Virus record (IMG/VR): IMGVR_UViG_3300046467_000865
Span: 14,366 to 78,365 of that record
From: a virus
Lineage: Duplodnaviria; Caudoviricetes
Reading direction: 5' to 3' (one strand)
DNA: 64,000 nt
Of this stretch, positions 1-9,239 are shown in pieces. Below the pieces are notes generated by a model that saw only the letters and a program-made list of their open reading frames with translations, searched no databases and was not told where the DNA came from. The first letter of the stretch is position 1. Each line of letters begins with the position of its first letter. The position numbers and the translations under genes are program-made.

Positions 1-358
1 CTTGAGACTCTTCTCTGGATTCTTCTCTATGACTATTATTACCATTGTTAAATAGTTTGAATCTATTTACGCGAAACTTAATCTTGGAGCGCTTGTTGCC
101 CTCTTTGTCTGTCCACTTATCTTGCCTAGCTGTAGCCAAAACCGCTAGTTCATCACCCTTCTGGCAATATCTATCAATAGTGGTAGCACCCGTGTCCCAA
201 GCTTCAAAATCTAGGTAGTCAACCTTCTTGCTCTTTTCACCGTCTCTTGATTTTCTATATTCATTGATAGCAAGGGTAAATCTAACCACCGAAGTCTCGT
301 TGACATCGTTAAGTTCGGGGTCAGCTACTAAACGACCAATAAAATGACAACTATTCAT
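1..358 (-). CDS. ssb: single-stranded DNA-binding protein (3'-truncated by window edge; not in ORF track)
   Basis: Manual translation from ATG at 358: MNSCHFIGRLVADPEL...VVRFTLAINE...DYLDFEAWD...KGDELAV...QDKWTDKEGNKRS, the classic SSB OB-fold pattern. Confidence 0.92.
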   Translation of the reverse strand, partial: MNSCHFIGRLVADPELNDVNETSVVRFTLAINEYRKSRDGEKSKKVDYLDFEAWDTGATTIDRYCQKGDELAVLATARQDKWTDKEGNKRSKIKFRVNRFKLFNNGNNSHREESREESQ

Positions 359-888
359 TACATACCTTCCATTAGAAACGCTAGGTGAATTAACTCGTAG
401 CCTTCGGCTACTTCTTCTTTCTTAGACAACTCTAAGAATTCTTTGGTAAAGTTTGGATACGCTGCATAAAATATTTCCGCCAGCTTTTCCTCCTTGCCTG
501 TGTTTTTTTGATTGATACAAGGCCCAATTATGTCTACAAAACTAACATCTTCGTTATATTCATTTCCATTTTCTCGATGGTATGTTATAAACTTGCTAGA
601 TAAGCCAAGTCTTTCTGTCTTCATCAAAATGTCTTGAAAGATTAATATCCTTGACGCATATGGTGGACATTCTACAAAACTAGTGTTATGCGTGTCATTA
701 GAATAGTAATGTATCCCAGACTGGATTGGCCCCTCTTGTATTTGGTATACAGATATAACACCAGCAATCTCAGGGTCTGTCGCCACCTTGGACGGAAAGG
801 TTACAGAACACCCCCTGTCCTCAGACTCGTAAACCCTGACAACGTAGTCATGGTTTTTGAAAAATTGTATAAGGTCTCTGTCTTCCAT
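358..888 (-). CDS. hypothetical protein
   Basis: 176-aa ORF collinear with neighbours; TAATG overlap with ssb; no motif recognised. Confidence 0.6.
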   Translation of the reverse strand: MEDRDLIQFFKNHDYVVRVYESEDRGCSVTFPSKVATDPEIAGVISVYQIQEGPIQSGIHYYSNDTHNTSFVECPPYASRILIFQDILMKTERLGLSSKFITYHRENGNEYNEDVSFVDIIGPCINQKNTGKEEKLAEIFYAAYPNFTKEFLELSKKEEVAEGYELIHLAFLMEGM

Positions 889-927
889 CGTCTTATTATT
901 TAACCAATCAGAACGGTTTTTTGCACT

Positions 928-2607
928 TCATATCTGGAAAACTTTTTTCACCACAAACCCATCGTAGGACTGAGAACGTCTTTTTCCTTTTGAGTCAGAC
1001 CTTCCACCATGGAGTAGGACGGTGTTGCCTTCATATAGCAAAGCCTTGTTATTTTTCCATTCGTCTGAAAAAACTGTAATATTGTCTAGAGCGCCACTAC
1101 CATCTTCTACGCTTAAGAAGCCCATTTTTTGTCCCTTGGACCTACCTCTTTTAACTGTATATTCGTTTGCTCGCGCAATTTGTATGGCTAAAATTATATT
1201 ACCATCCTTGCCATCAAAAAACTCTTTACATGTGCAATTGGAGGCGCTGGTGTCGCAAGCGTCTACTTCTGAATAAGTTAATGATATTCCCAGATATTCT
1301 TTTTCAGTATTAGACACCCAACTAGGACTATCGTCCAAAGAATAAGGTGGGTTTTCAATAAGAAGAACTAAGTCTGAAACGAGTTCACTTCTAGTCACGT
1401 TAAAAGTTCCACCGCCTAATTTTTTAGTAGGCGCAAGCATCTTTAAAGCACTTGATAATTCTCCCCATTGATCTCGCCTCTCTACAATCCACTCTCTCTC
1501 TTTGTCTGTAAGTTTTTGCCAAGTCTCTAGCTCATAAAGCATCTTGTTTCTAGAGATCTTAAAATGAGACAATGCGCCAACTGATATGAGAGCCGTAATA
1601 ACCCTTGCGTTAATCTTGTGAGACGCATTAACCAAAAACTCGTACCACACCCAATCTACAACAGGCTTGCCAAGCTCCACTTCTATACTATCTATAGTTT
1701 CCAACAGTTTTTCTACATGCTTGACCCCAACAGACTTAATATCGTTGAACCCAAAATTGATTACATTATTTTTAATGCCAAACTTTGCAGACATGTTTGT
1801 CAGGGATGGTGGGGTTACATCTATTCCAGAAAGTTTGGCGTCTGTCACCAGATCACGTATTTCCGATTGTGTGTCCTGCTTCCCATCTGCAAAAAATAAA
1901 TAGCTGCAATAGAAATTTACTGGAAAGTGAGCCTTTGCGTAAGCAGACCAATATCCGCATATGGCGTAAGAAACAGCATGACTTTTGTTGAAAGCGTACC
2001 TGTTGGATTTTTCGATCCACCCAAAAATTTCTTCGGCAACTTCGTCAGTAACGATTCCTTCCCTAGAAGCCCCCTCTATAAAAGACTCCTTTACTTGAGA
2101 CATCAAGCCAGCTTGCTTTTTGCCGATAGCCTTTCTCAAGTTGTCTGCTTGTTGTAGATCAAACCCGGCAATAACTTGCGCTATTTGCATGCTTTGTTCT
2201 TGATACACAAGAACGCCTTGAGTAGACTTCAGAGTCGGCTCCAAAGAATCGTGTAGATAGGCAACGTCTTCCAGACCATTTTTTCTATCTACATAATGCT
2301 GGGTCATTGACTTACCGTCAATAATAGCTTTTAGACATCCGGGTCTGATGAGAGCTATGAGAGCAGCAAGCTCTTCAATATTTCGTGGGCGTATTCTTTT
2401 GGCCCAAGATTTTCCTAAATTACTCTCTAGTTGGAATACCCCTTTGGTTCTTCCAGCAGATATTAGATCCCAAGTCTTGTCACAATCGTATCCACATTGG
2501 TTAATGTCAAATTCCGTAGATGGTAACCCAGTTTGGGATAAAGTGACAGGGTGGTCTGGATCTAAAACCCCGAAAGAGCACCCGCAATCAAATTCGTAAT
2601 TTTTCAT
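928..2607 (-). CDS. dnaE: DNA polymerase III alpha, C-terminal half (fingers, HhH, OB fold)
   Basis: Motifs TKGVFQLES, LIALIRPG, GVLVYQEQ, ADNLRKAIGKK, YAFNKSHAVSY, FGFNDIKSVG and a C-terminal OB fold; no PHP domain or catalytic Asp residues. Confidence 0.95.
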   Translation of the reverse strand: MKNYEFDCGCSFGVLDPDHPVTLSQTGLPSTEFDINQCGYDCDKTWDLISAGRTKGVFQLESNLGKSWAKRIRPRNIEELAALIALIRPGCLKAIIDGKSMTQHYVDRKNGLEDVAYLHDSLEPTLKSTQGVLVYQEQSMQIAQVIAGFDLQQADNLRKAIGKKQAGLMSQVKESFIEGASREGIVTDEVAEEIFGWIEKSNRYAFNKSHAVSYAICGYWSAYAKAHFPVNFYCSYLFFADGKQDTQSEIRDLVTDAKLSGIDVTPPSLTNMSAKFGIKNNVINFGFNDIKSVGVKHVEKLLETIDSIEVELGKPVVDWVWYEFLVNASHKINARVITALISVGALSHFKISRNKMLYELETWQKLTDKEREWIVERRDQWGELSSALKMLAPTKKLGGGTFNVTRSELVSDLVLLIENPPYSLDDSPSWVSNTEKEYLGISLTYSEVDACDTSASNCTCKEFFDGKDGNIILAIQIARANEYTVKRGRSKGQKMGFLSVEDGSGALDNITVFSDEWKNNKALLYEGNTVLLHGGRSDSKGKRRSQSYDGFVVKKVFQI

Positions 2608-3268
2608 CGGCTAGAGCCTTTTCAAACTGAACTTTTGGGGCAAACAGTCTATACAATTTGAGAAATTTAATCAAAACGGTGGCGGTGTCTTTGACATCTT
2701 GTAGAGCGTCGTGGGCGTTGTCTTTGGGGATTCCCATCCAATCACGAATGGAGTCCATGCTGACGCTTCTGATATCGGGATTGTTTTCGGTCCACATAAA
2801 CACATTTCGCATCAAATCCATACGATGGATAGGATGAAACAACGATTGCACGTTTCTCTTTTTATCTAATGGCCCGTGTTCTTGACATAACCTTTCTGCT
2901 ATAATCATGTCAAAATTTTCTATATTATGACCGGCGGCTATGGGGGCCGTCCAGCTAGTTTTTTTGAAGTTGAATTTTTCAATATACTTGTTAAATCTAT
3001 GCCAGACGGTTTTGGGGTGCGGTGCTTTTGCGAGTTCTGATCTAGTTTTTTTATTAATCGCAAGAGCCTCCTCTTCTAAGGGGTCAAGACCCGCCGCAAT
3101 CGCGTCCTCATCTTTAAGTGGCTTAATTAGAGATTCAAAATAACCATTAGGTTGTACTGTTAATTTACGACCATGTATCATAACGGCAGCGATTTGTACC
3201 GGCTGCGTAGTACGCGGATTTCTACTTCCGGTTTCAAAATCAAACACGCAAATATCATTATAGTTCAT
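2588..3268 (-). CDS. DEDDh 3'-5' exonuclease (DnaQ/epsilon-like)
   Basis: ExoI VFDFETG, ExoII GHNIENFD, ExoIII HDALQDV. Confidence 0.9.
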   Translation of the reverse strand: MNYNDICVFDFETGSRNPRTTQPVQIAAVMIHGRKLTVQPNGYFESLIKPLKDEDAIAAGLDPLEEEALAINKKTRSELAKAPHPKTVWHRFNKYIEKFNFKKTSWTAPIAAGHNIENFDMIIAERLCQEHGPLDKKRNVQSLFHPIHRMDLMRNVFMWTENNPDIRSVSMDSIRDWMGIPKDNAHDALQDVKDTATVLIKFLKLYRLFAPKVQFEKALADEKLRI

Positions 3269-4352
3269 TCTTATCCTCGTTTTCGCCTACCAATATATTC
3301 ATTTTTTCATTAAACTTCTCGAAGTCTATATCATGATATCTCACACACTTTCTTTCGTCAAAATTACCCTCCGCTAACAAATAAGCGCCGCACGCTGTAG
3401 GCAAACCGGTAGATCTTTGCATGGCTGAAAATCCGCCTTGTGGCGGTATTAACAACTCCTGTATTTTGTCGTCTATGGAAATGTATATTAGTACACAATC
3501 TTCGCCATTATCAAACTTGCACTTTCTTAAGAAAATTTCTTTCAGCAAGTCTCTATCTAGTTCAATCCCATTAATTAAGAGGTCTACAGTTTTTGCATGT
3601 CCGGGCCATCTAAGAGTGCGATACGAAACATTGACCGCTCCAAGATCCTTCATTCTTTGAATAGTGTGCGAAGACCCCCCGCTTGTATAGAAACCCTCTA
3701 GATCCCCTAGAGATTTAGTACTTATTTTTGTATAGCCGCCCAAAGAATTGTAAGTGGTTTCTTCCCCATTTTCTAAGACAGCGCAGCTTTCTGTATATTC
3801 ATTCAGAAGACCTTCTACCGACCATGTGCAATAGTAGTTGAAATGGTCATTCTTGTTGTAGAGCCTTGGTATGCCGCCAACCATAATAGATACGGTTTCA
3901 GGATTCTTGTCTTCTTGATCAGCAATTTGTTTATAAAAAGCCTCTGCTAATATGTTTGCTAAACCCGGAGCAAGCCCTATGTCAGTCATCACGGGCTTTG
4001 ACGCAAACTTAGAAGCGAAGTCGTTTATCTCGTTGCTTATTTCAACGTTCCCACCAAGATCACAATATCTTATGCCGTTTTTAATACAGTGTTTTGCTAG
4101 GATTAAATTTTTGTGGTAAGGAAGAGAGGAGACAACCACGTCTGGATACGGTCGCCCTAGACTGTTTGGAAGATCCAAACTTTCTGGGTTTGTTATAGTC
4201 CGTAGTTCTGCGTCTTGCTCAAGTATGCTATTGCATTTTTGCAAAGACTCTGAAGAAACATCTATTAAAATTAGGTGGTCGCAACCTAGTTTCTCCACAG
4301 CCCATGCTATGGGTTTCCCCATTCTACCGCAACCGAAAATAGCCACTTTCAT
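3258..4352 (-). CDS. saccharopine dehydrogenase-family enzyme, lysine 6-dehydrogenase (LysDH)-like
   Basis: Rossmann GCGRMG, YCDLGGN, IGLAPGLAN, VGGIP, TWSVEGLLNEY, LEGFYTSGG, YRTLRWPGH, matching the bacterial/archaeal LysDH type of the family. Confidence 0.8.
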   Translation of the reverse strand: MKVAIFGCGRMGKPIAWAVEKLGCDHLILIDVSSESLQKCNSILEQDAELRTITNPESLDLPNSLGRPYPDVVVSSLPYHKNLILAKHCIKNGIRYCDLGGNVEISNEINDFASKFASKPVMTDIGLAPGLANILAEAFYKQIADQEDKNPETVSIMVGGIPRLYNKNDHFNYYCTWSVEGLLNEYTESCAVLENGEETTYNSLGGYTKISTKSLGDLEGFYTSGGSSHTIQRMKDLGAVNVSYRTLRWPGHAKTVDLLINGIELDRDLLKEIFLRKCKFDNGEDCVLIYISIDDKIQELLIPPQGGFSAMQRSTGLPTACGAYLLAEGNFDERKCVRYHDIDFEKFNEKMNILVGENEDKNEL

Positions 4353-5188
4353 TGCACTGCTCTTCCTTTAAGATCTTCCCAGTCTTTTTCTGGTCTGACC
4401 ACCAAGTTGGTGTCCCACGCCCCAATTAGAGTGTTGGGAGATATTCCAAAGTCTGCTGCGTGTTGTATGATAGCGTTGAGATCTTTTGGAAAACAACTTC
4501 CGCCGAACCCAAGATTTCCATCTGGGCCGGGAACTGACCAGTGAGAGTCCCCCAGTCGCTCGTCGTGTATAGCATACTCGACCACCTTGTCGTAGTCAAC
4601 CCCGTTCTCCTCGCACATGGCGGCGAATTCGTTTGCTAGCGATACTTTGACAGCTAGGAAACAATTGGTAAGATATTTGACATATTCTGCGATAGTTGAA
4701 TCTGTTTTTATAATAGACGCTTTAGGAAAAACATTTGCGTAGAATGATCTCAATCTTGTGGTTGCTGGCCTAGGACCGCCCAAAATAACACGAGTAGTAT
4801 TACGAAAATCTTCCGCTGCGTTTCTTTCCAGTAAGAATTCTGGATTGAACACAATTTGTGAATCTGCGCACATTTCGTTTAGATATTTTGTTGTGCCGGG
4901 AGGAACAGTGGATTTGATTACTATAATGTTTCTTCTACCGGTTTTACAAGCGGATATACATACCTGCTCTACTATCGACGTGTCACAAGAACCATCTGGT
5001 TTCATCGGGGTCGGCACACACACGAAGACCACGTCGCAATCATAGGCTAGATGCTGTACAGACTTATGGGTGGATAAGTGTTTATGCGCTTTGTCATAAG
5101 TATACACTCTGTTGTAACAGGAGAAAACTTCGGTTAGCGCCGATCCTACAAAGCCCTGTCCTACTATTCCCACTGTTCTTATTTTCAT
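4349..5188 (-). CDS. UDP-glucose/GDP-mannose 6-dehydrogenase, lacking the C-terminal UDP-binding domain
   Basis: GQGFVG, FVCVPTP, IKSTVPPGTT, FNPEFL, KYLTNCFLAVKVSLANE, GFGGSCFPKD. Start moved to ATG 5188 (ATGA overlap with lat stop). Confidence 0.85.
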   Translation of the reverse strand: MKIRTVGIVGQGFVGSALTEVFSCYNRVYTYDKAHKHLSTHKSVQHLAYDCDVVFVCVPTPMKPDGSCDTSIVEQVCISACKTGRRNIIVIKSTVPPGTTKYLNEMCADSQIVFNPEFLLERNAAEDFRNTTRVILGGPRPATTRLRSFYANVFPKASIIKTDSTIAEYVKYLTNCFLAVKVSLANEFAAMCEENGVDYDKVVEYAIHDERLGDSHWSVPGPDGNLGFGGSCFPKDLNAIIQHAADFGISPNTLIGAWDTNLVVRPEKDWEDLKGRAVQ

Positions 5189-6393
5189 AGATTTTCTATA
5201 GCCTCTTTTATATATTGACACGCTGCACTCGCATCCTCTTCAGAGAATGTAAGAGCGGGCCTAAGTCTAATTGATCTACTGCCGCACTTTAATACGAGCA
5301 TATTTTCTTGTAACAACTCTACCGCTCTATCACGTAGTTCCGACGATGGCAGATCAAACGCTATCATAAGTCCCCTACCACGAACATTCTCAATTACAGA
5401 AAACGTTCTTAATTCCCATAGCAGTTGGCGACCGACATCGTGGGCGTTTTTAACTAGATCATTGCGCTGAATGGCGTCTATTATATATTTGAATCGAACC
5501 ATGTCTACAATATTGCCACCCCATGTAGAATTTATTCTACCACTAGTATTGAAGACGTTGTGTTTGACTTCATCAATTCTCTCAGTGGAACAAAAGCCAC
5601 ACACTTGAGTTTTTTTACCAAAGCACATCATGTCTGGCACAACACCAAAGTGCTCATAGGACCACATTTTACCAGTCAAGCCCATGCCGGTTTGCACTTC
5701 GTCAAAGATAAGTAAACAGTCTCGTTCGTCGGCTATGCGTCTTATATTTGTAAAAAACTCTGGCGGAAAATGGTTATCTCCACCCTCGCCCTGTATCGGC
5801 TCTATGATAATCGCAGCAACTTCTTCGTGGACACGACGTTCGATATTTTCCCAATCAGGCTCTACGGTAGTCCAGCTAAATTTTGGAAATAAAGAGGTCT
5901 TCTCTGGAGTTGTGTTGGTCAAAGACAGGGTGTAGCCTGTTCTGCCATGGAAAGCGTTTTTAAGGTGAAATATATCTAGATTGTTGATGTCAGACGTGTG
6001 AGTATATTTTAGTTTTTGTGCCTTCCAGTCAAAAGCAGCCTTTAAAGCATTCTCTACGCCCAAGGCGCCGCCCTCAATAAAAAAGTAGTACTTAAAATCG
6101 GGGGTAATCTCAGAGAACTTTTCTACAAAATCTGCATATTCCTCTGAGTACATGTCGCTGTTAGCCAGTTTTACCCGGCCAGCATAGCCCATTTCTGATT
6201 GGGCTTTAATCAGTGCTGAGTGCTTCCAGCCAAGAGACTGGCTTGCAAATTGTGAATAGCAGTCTAAATATTTCTTTCCCGTATTTAAGTCTACAATCCA
6301 ACTGCCAAAACTTTTTTGATGATCCACAACAACATGAAAGCCGTCTACAAGGATATATTTTTCAAGAGTTTCTATAGCCTTAGCGTTAGACAT
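5185..6393 (-). CDS. lat: L-lysine 6-aminotransferase (class III PLP)
   Basis: FFIEGGALGVENALKAAFDWK, AFHGRTGYTLSLTNT, FPKFSW, EPIQGEGGD, LIFDEVQTG, FGKKTQVCG and INSTWGGN closely follow mycobacterial/Streptomyces Lat. Confidence 0.92.
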   Translation of the reverse strand: MSNAKAIETLEKYILVDGFHVVVDHQKSFGSWIVDLNTGKKYLDCYSQFASQSLGWKHSALIKAQSEMGYAGRVKLANSDMYSEEYADFVEKFSEITPDFKYYFFIEGGALGVENALKAAFDWKAQKLKYTHTSDINNLDIFHLKNAFHGRTGYTLSLTNTTPEKTSLFPKFSWTTVEPDWENIERRVHEEVAAIIIEPIQGEGGDNHFPPEFFTNIRRIADERDCLLIFDEVQTGMGLTGKMWSYEHFGVVPDMMCFGKKTQVCGFCSTERIDEVKHNVFNTSGRINSTWGGNIVDMVRFKYIIDAIQRNDLVKNAHDVGRQLLWELRTFSVIENVRGRGLMIAFDLPSSELRDRAVELLQENMLVLKCGSRSIRLRPALTFSEEDASAACQYIKEAIENL

Positions 6394-7172
6394 TTAATAG
6401 CTCCTCCAGATTTCACAAATTCTGACATATCGCATATAGATGTTTTTTTACCAGAAAACGACAAGGAAAACATATCTGATGGGGTCACAACCGTTTCGTT
6501 GATTTCAATACTGTTACAAAGAAAATCTTGAGCTTGTTCTTCATGAATACTCAGAATGTCAAGAACTCCGATATCATGGCCGATGTCCACAAACTTATCA
6601 ATCATCCAAGCTTGCGAAGAACTGGAGAAAGCGTCTTTATAATAGACAACCCTGCCGTTCATTGGAAAGAAGCATGTGTCAAGGTGGTAAAATCTTGGAT
6701 CAACAAGTTCACAAGACACATAGTCAACGCCAAGAGCGCCTGCTATTATACTGTGTGCCTCTATATCCGTTCTAAAACCATACCCCATGAACAGAACGTC
6801 GTTTAGAAAAAGAGCGTCTCCCTCTCCTTCAAAACATATATGGTCTGGTATTTCAATGACCCTGTAGCCCCTTTTTAAAAACCAGTCTTTGAAGAACCAT
6901 TTTTCATGCTGTCTTTCTTTATGTCTAAAGTTTGACAGTATGACATTTTTCCCATATACAAGACCCGCGTTAGCCGTAAATACCATATCTGGGTATCCAC
7001 GCTCGGGTTCTATATACCTGAGATTTGCACCGGCTTTGATCAACCGGTCACACATCCTGTGCCACTGATTGGCCGCAATTTCTCCTTCAACGCCTAAGTT
7101 GAGATCCATCCAAGGGTTGATTTCATAATCTATGTTAAAATGTGTTGGCTTACACACTAAAAGATCAGTCAT
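6372..7172 (-). CDS. amidinotransferase (guanidino-group modifying) family, arginine dihydrolase ArgZ/AgrE N-domain-like
   Basis: INPWM, PDMVFTANAGL, KERQ, FEGEGD, GYGFRT, FYHLDTCF, SEFVKSGGAIKCLTLR; Glu-His-Cys triad positions present. Confidence 0.85.
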   Translation of the reverse strand: MTDLLVCKPTHFNIDYEINPWMDLNLGVEGEIAANQWHRMCDRLIKAGANLRYIEPERGYPDMVFTANAGLVYGKNVILSNFRHKERQHEKWFFKDWFLKRGYRVIEIPDHICFEGEGDALFLNDVLFMGYGFRTDIEAHSIIAGALGVDYVSCELVDPRFYHLDTCFFPMNGRVVYYKDAFSSSSQAWMIDKFVDIGHDIGVLDILSIHEEQAQDFLCNSIEINETVVTPSDMFSLSFSGKKTSICDMSEFVKSGGAIKCLTLRL

Positions 7173-8658
7173 CTACACCAGTCTTCATACCTTGTGGGAA
7201 ACTGAGAGAGTCTCCATGATTTACAGTCCAAGCAACCTCGTGGGTAACCGATCTAAACGTGCGAGCAGCACTAGGCTGACCATTGCCAGACTTCTTCACC
7301 CCTCCAAATCCGAGATGAGATTCAGCAGCAATGCTGCCGCCATTCCAATAACCAAGACCAAAGTCACACTCGTCGCGAATCCTTCTCGCCACCTTGAAGT
7401 TTTCTGTTACCACACCTAGAGCAAGCCCATAATCAGTGTCGTTGTAAATCCTAATAGCATCATCAACTGTATCGTAAGGAATAATTGATACATGAGGTCC
7501 AAACACCTCTTGCTTAAGATATGGAACATCTCTCCATTCCGTTTGATATACCGTAGGTGTTAAGAGTAGACTGTCGCCGTCTCGTTTTCCCATGAGCAGA
7601 ACATCTGCCTCTGGGTCTGCTTCAACCATCTCGTTGAACTCTATGACTCTTTCGAGTTGCTTTTCGTTAATAAGAGGTCCGTAAAAGGTGTTGTCGTCAA
7701 ATGGGTCTCCAGTCTGTAGATCACCGCTTCTGTTAGCAAATTCGTCCGCAAATTTATTGTATAAAGAGCGGTGGACAATCAACCTGCTAGCAGACACACA
7801 GCGTTGACCAGATAGTTTGTAAGCGCTGGCCAAGCATGCGGCCATTGCCAGATCATAATTTGCGTCTTCATGGATGATTACCGCTGATTTACTTCCCATT
7901 TCGCAAGAACAAGTTTTATGCCAGCTTTCTGCACACACTTTGCGAACGTGCATGCCAACATCGGCGCTTCCGGTAAAACACACATGATCTATATCACCTT
8001 TGATAAGTCTATCTCCAACCTCTCCGTCTCCATGAATCATATTGAAGACTCCGGGTGGGAATCCAGCAGCTTCATATAACTCTGCTGTTATTTGCCCAGC
8101 CCAAGATACATCTTCGCTTGGCTTTAGAACCACAGTATTGCCTTCAACCAAAGCTGGACCAGCACACCAGAAGCCACCAATAGCAAAAGGAAAGTTAAAA
8201 GGAGCAACAATAGCAATAACACCCTTTGGTTTCCTAAGCATGTACGCATCTTTTTCGGGTAACTCCGACGCAATCGCTTCTCCATAAGGCATTCTTCCTG
8301 TGCTAAAAGCGTATTGAGCCATATGCAAAGCTTCGTTGACTTCTGCAATAGACTCGTTTAATACTTTTCCAGTTTCCAAACTAATGATAGAAGCTATTCG
8401 ATTAATATTTTTTTCTACTAGTTCTGCGAGCTTGAAAAAATATCCTGCACGCTGATATCTGCTAAAAGAACGCCAACCATCAAAAGCGTCACGAGCAAAA
8501 GCGCACGCAGAATCAACCGCCGCAGAAGAAGCTTGGGGAAACGCACCTAAAATTTTCCCATCGGCTGGGTTCTTGCTATCAAACAAAGAGTCGTCTGAGC
8601 CAGAGACCCATTGATTGTTAATAAAGTGCTTTCCTTCTACGATTTGATAAGTGGTCAT
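7165..8658 (-). CDS. NAD(P)+-dependent aldehyde dehydrogenase
   Basis: PFNFP, LKPSE, FTGSADVG, EMGSKS, GQRCVS (catalytic Cys), EVFGP, FGGVKKSG. Start moved to ATG 8658 (ATGA overlap with the VOC gene). Confidence 0.93.
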   Translation of the reverse strand: MTTYQIVEGKHFINNQWVSGSDDSLFDSKNPADGKILGAFPQASSAAVDSACAFARDAFDGWRSFSRYQRAGYFFKLAELVEKNINRIASIISLETGKVLNESIAEVNEALHMAQYAFSTGRMPYGEAIASELPEKDAYMLRKPKGVIAIVAPFNFPFAIGGFWCAGPALVEGNTVVLKPSEDVSWAGQITAELYEAAGFPPGVFNMIHGDGEVGDRLIKGDIDHVCFTGSADVGMHVRKVCAESWHKTCSCEMGSKSAVIIHEDANYDLAMAACLASAYKLSGQRCVSASRLIVHRSLYNKFADEFANRSGDLQTGDPFDDNTFYGPLINEKQLERVIEFNEMVEADPEADVLLMGKRDGDSLLLTPTVYQTEWRDVPYLKQEVFGPHVSIIPYDTVDDAIRIYNDTDYGLALGVVTENFKVARRIRDECDFGLGYWNGGSIAAESHLGFGGVKKSGNGQPSAARTFRSVTHEVAWTVNHGDSLSFPQGMKTGVDD

Positions 8659-9239
8659 TTTACTTCCTTTGTAGATTCCATTAAGTGCTTGACCGAATTT
8701 TGACAAAACCCCTTGTGTCCTCTTTCTATTAACTCTACTATAATTCCGCCCATTACATTTAGAGGCTTGGTGAATATTTGTTTTAGGTCGTCCTCTGGAC
8801 AATCGATAACTTCTTCTGTTAAAAATTCTACATCAAGCTCTTTCCACTCTTTAACAATCTTGTTTATGTTCTTAACAGAATAAGCCATATGGTGAATCCC
8901 ACCACCATTTCTAGCTTTCACCCAATCTCCAACTATAGAGCCTTCACTTCCGTCGCTAATAAAGATTTCTGGAGCAAGATGATAGTTGGTGTCGTGGGAG
9001 GGGGAAAATAAAACCCATGGTGGGTCCATGTGGCTCAATCGCACCGGTCTATCTTTGGAAGGAGGACTCGGGCGCTTTCTGGTTCTTTCTGGAGGAGTCA
9101 TGACTATGCACTCGGCAGTGGATCCATCGTCGAACTTTATGTCAAATTCTGTCCCAACAACGTAACCAAACGTTTGTTTTATAAACTGGGCTGTTTCGTG
9201 TCTGCTGGATACTCTATAGGCTATATGGTCTAACCTCAT
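8655..9239 (-). CDS. VOC/glyoxalase-superfamily protein resembling the HPPD C-terminal domain
   Basis: LDHIAY, GGIHHMAY, LKQIFTKP, IVELIER followed by GF; His/His/Glu metal ligands. Confidence 0.75.
   Translation of the reverse strand: MRLDHIAYRVSSRHETAQFIKQTFGYVVGTEFDIKFDDGSTAECIVMTPPERTRKRPSPPSKDRPVRLSHMDPPWVLFSPSHDTNYHLAPEIFISDGSEGSIVGDWVKARNGGGIHHMAYSVKNINKIVKEWKELDVEFLTEEVIDCPEDDLKQIFTKPLNVMGGIIVELIERGHKGFCQNSVKHLMESTKEVK

Noticed and set aside
8659-8802. N-terminal extensions in the ORF track (ALDH, and likewise 40501-40647, 35586-35690, 49057-49110, 56596-56670)
   Set aside because: They overlap upstream genes, a terminator or the tmRNA; downstream ATGs give proper overlaps or SD sequences.
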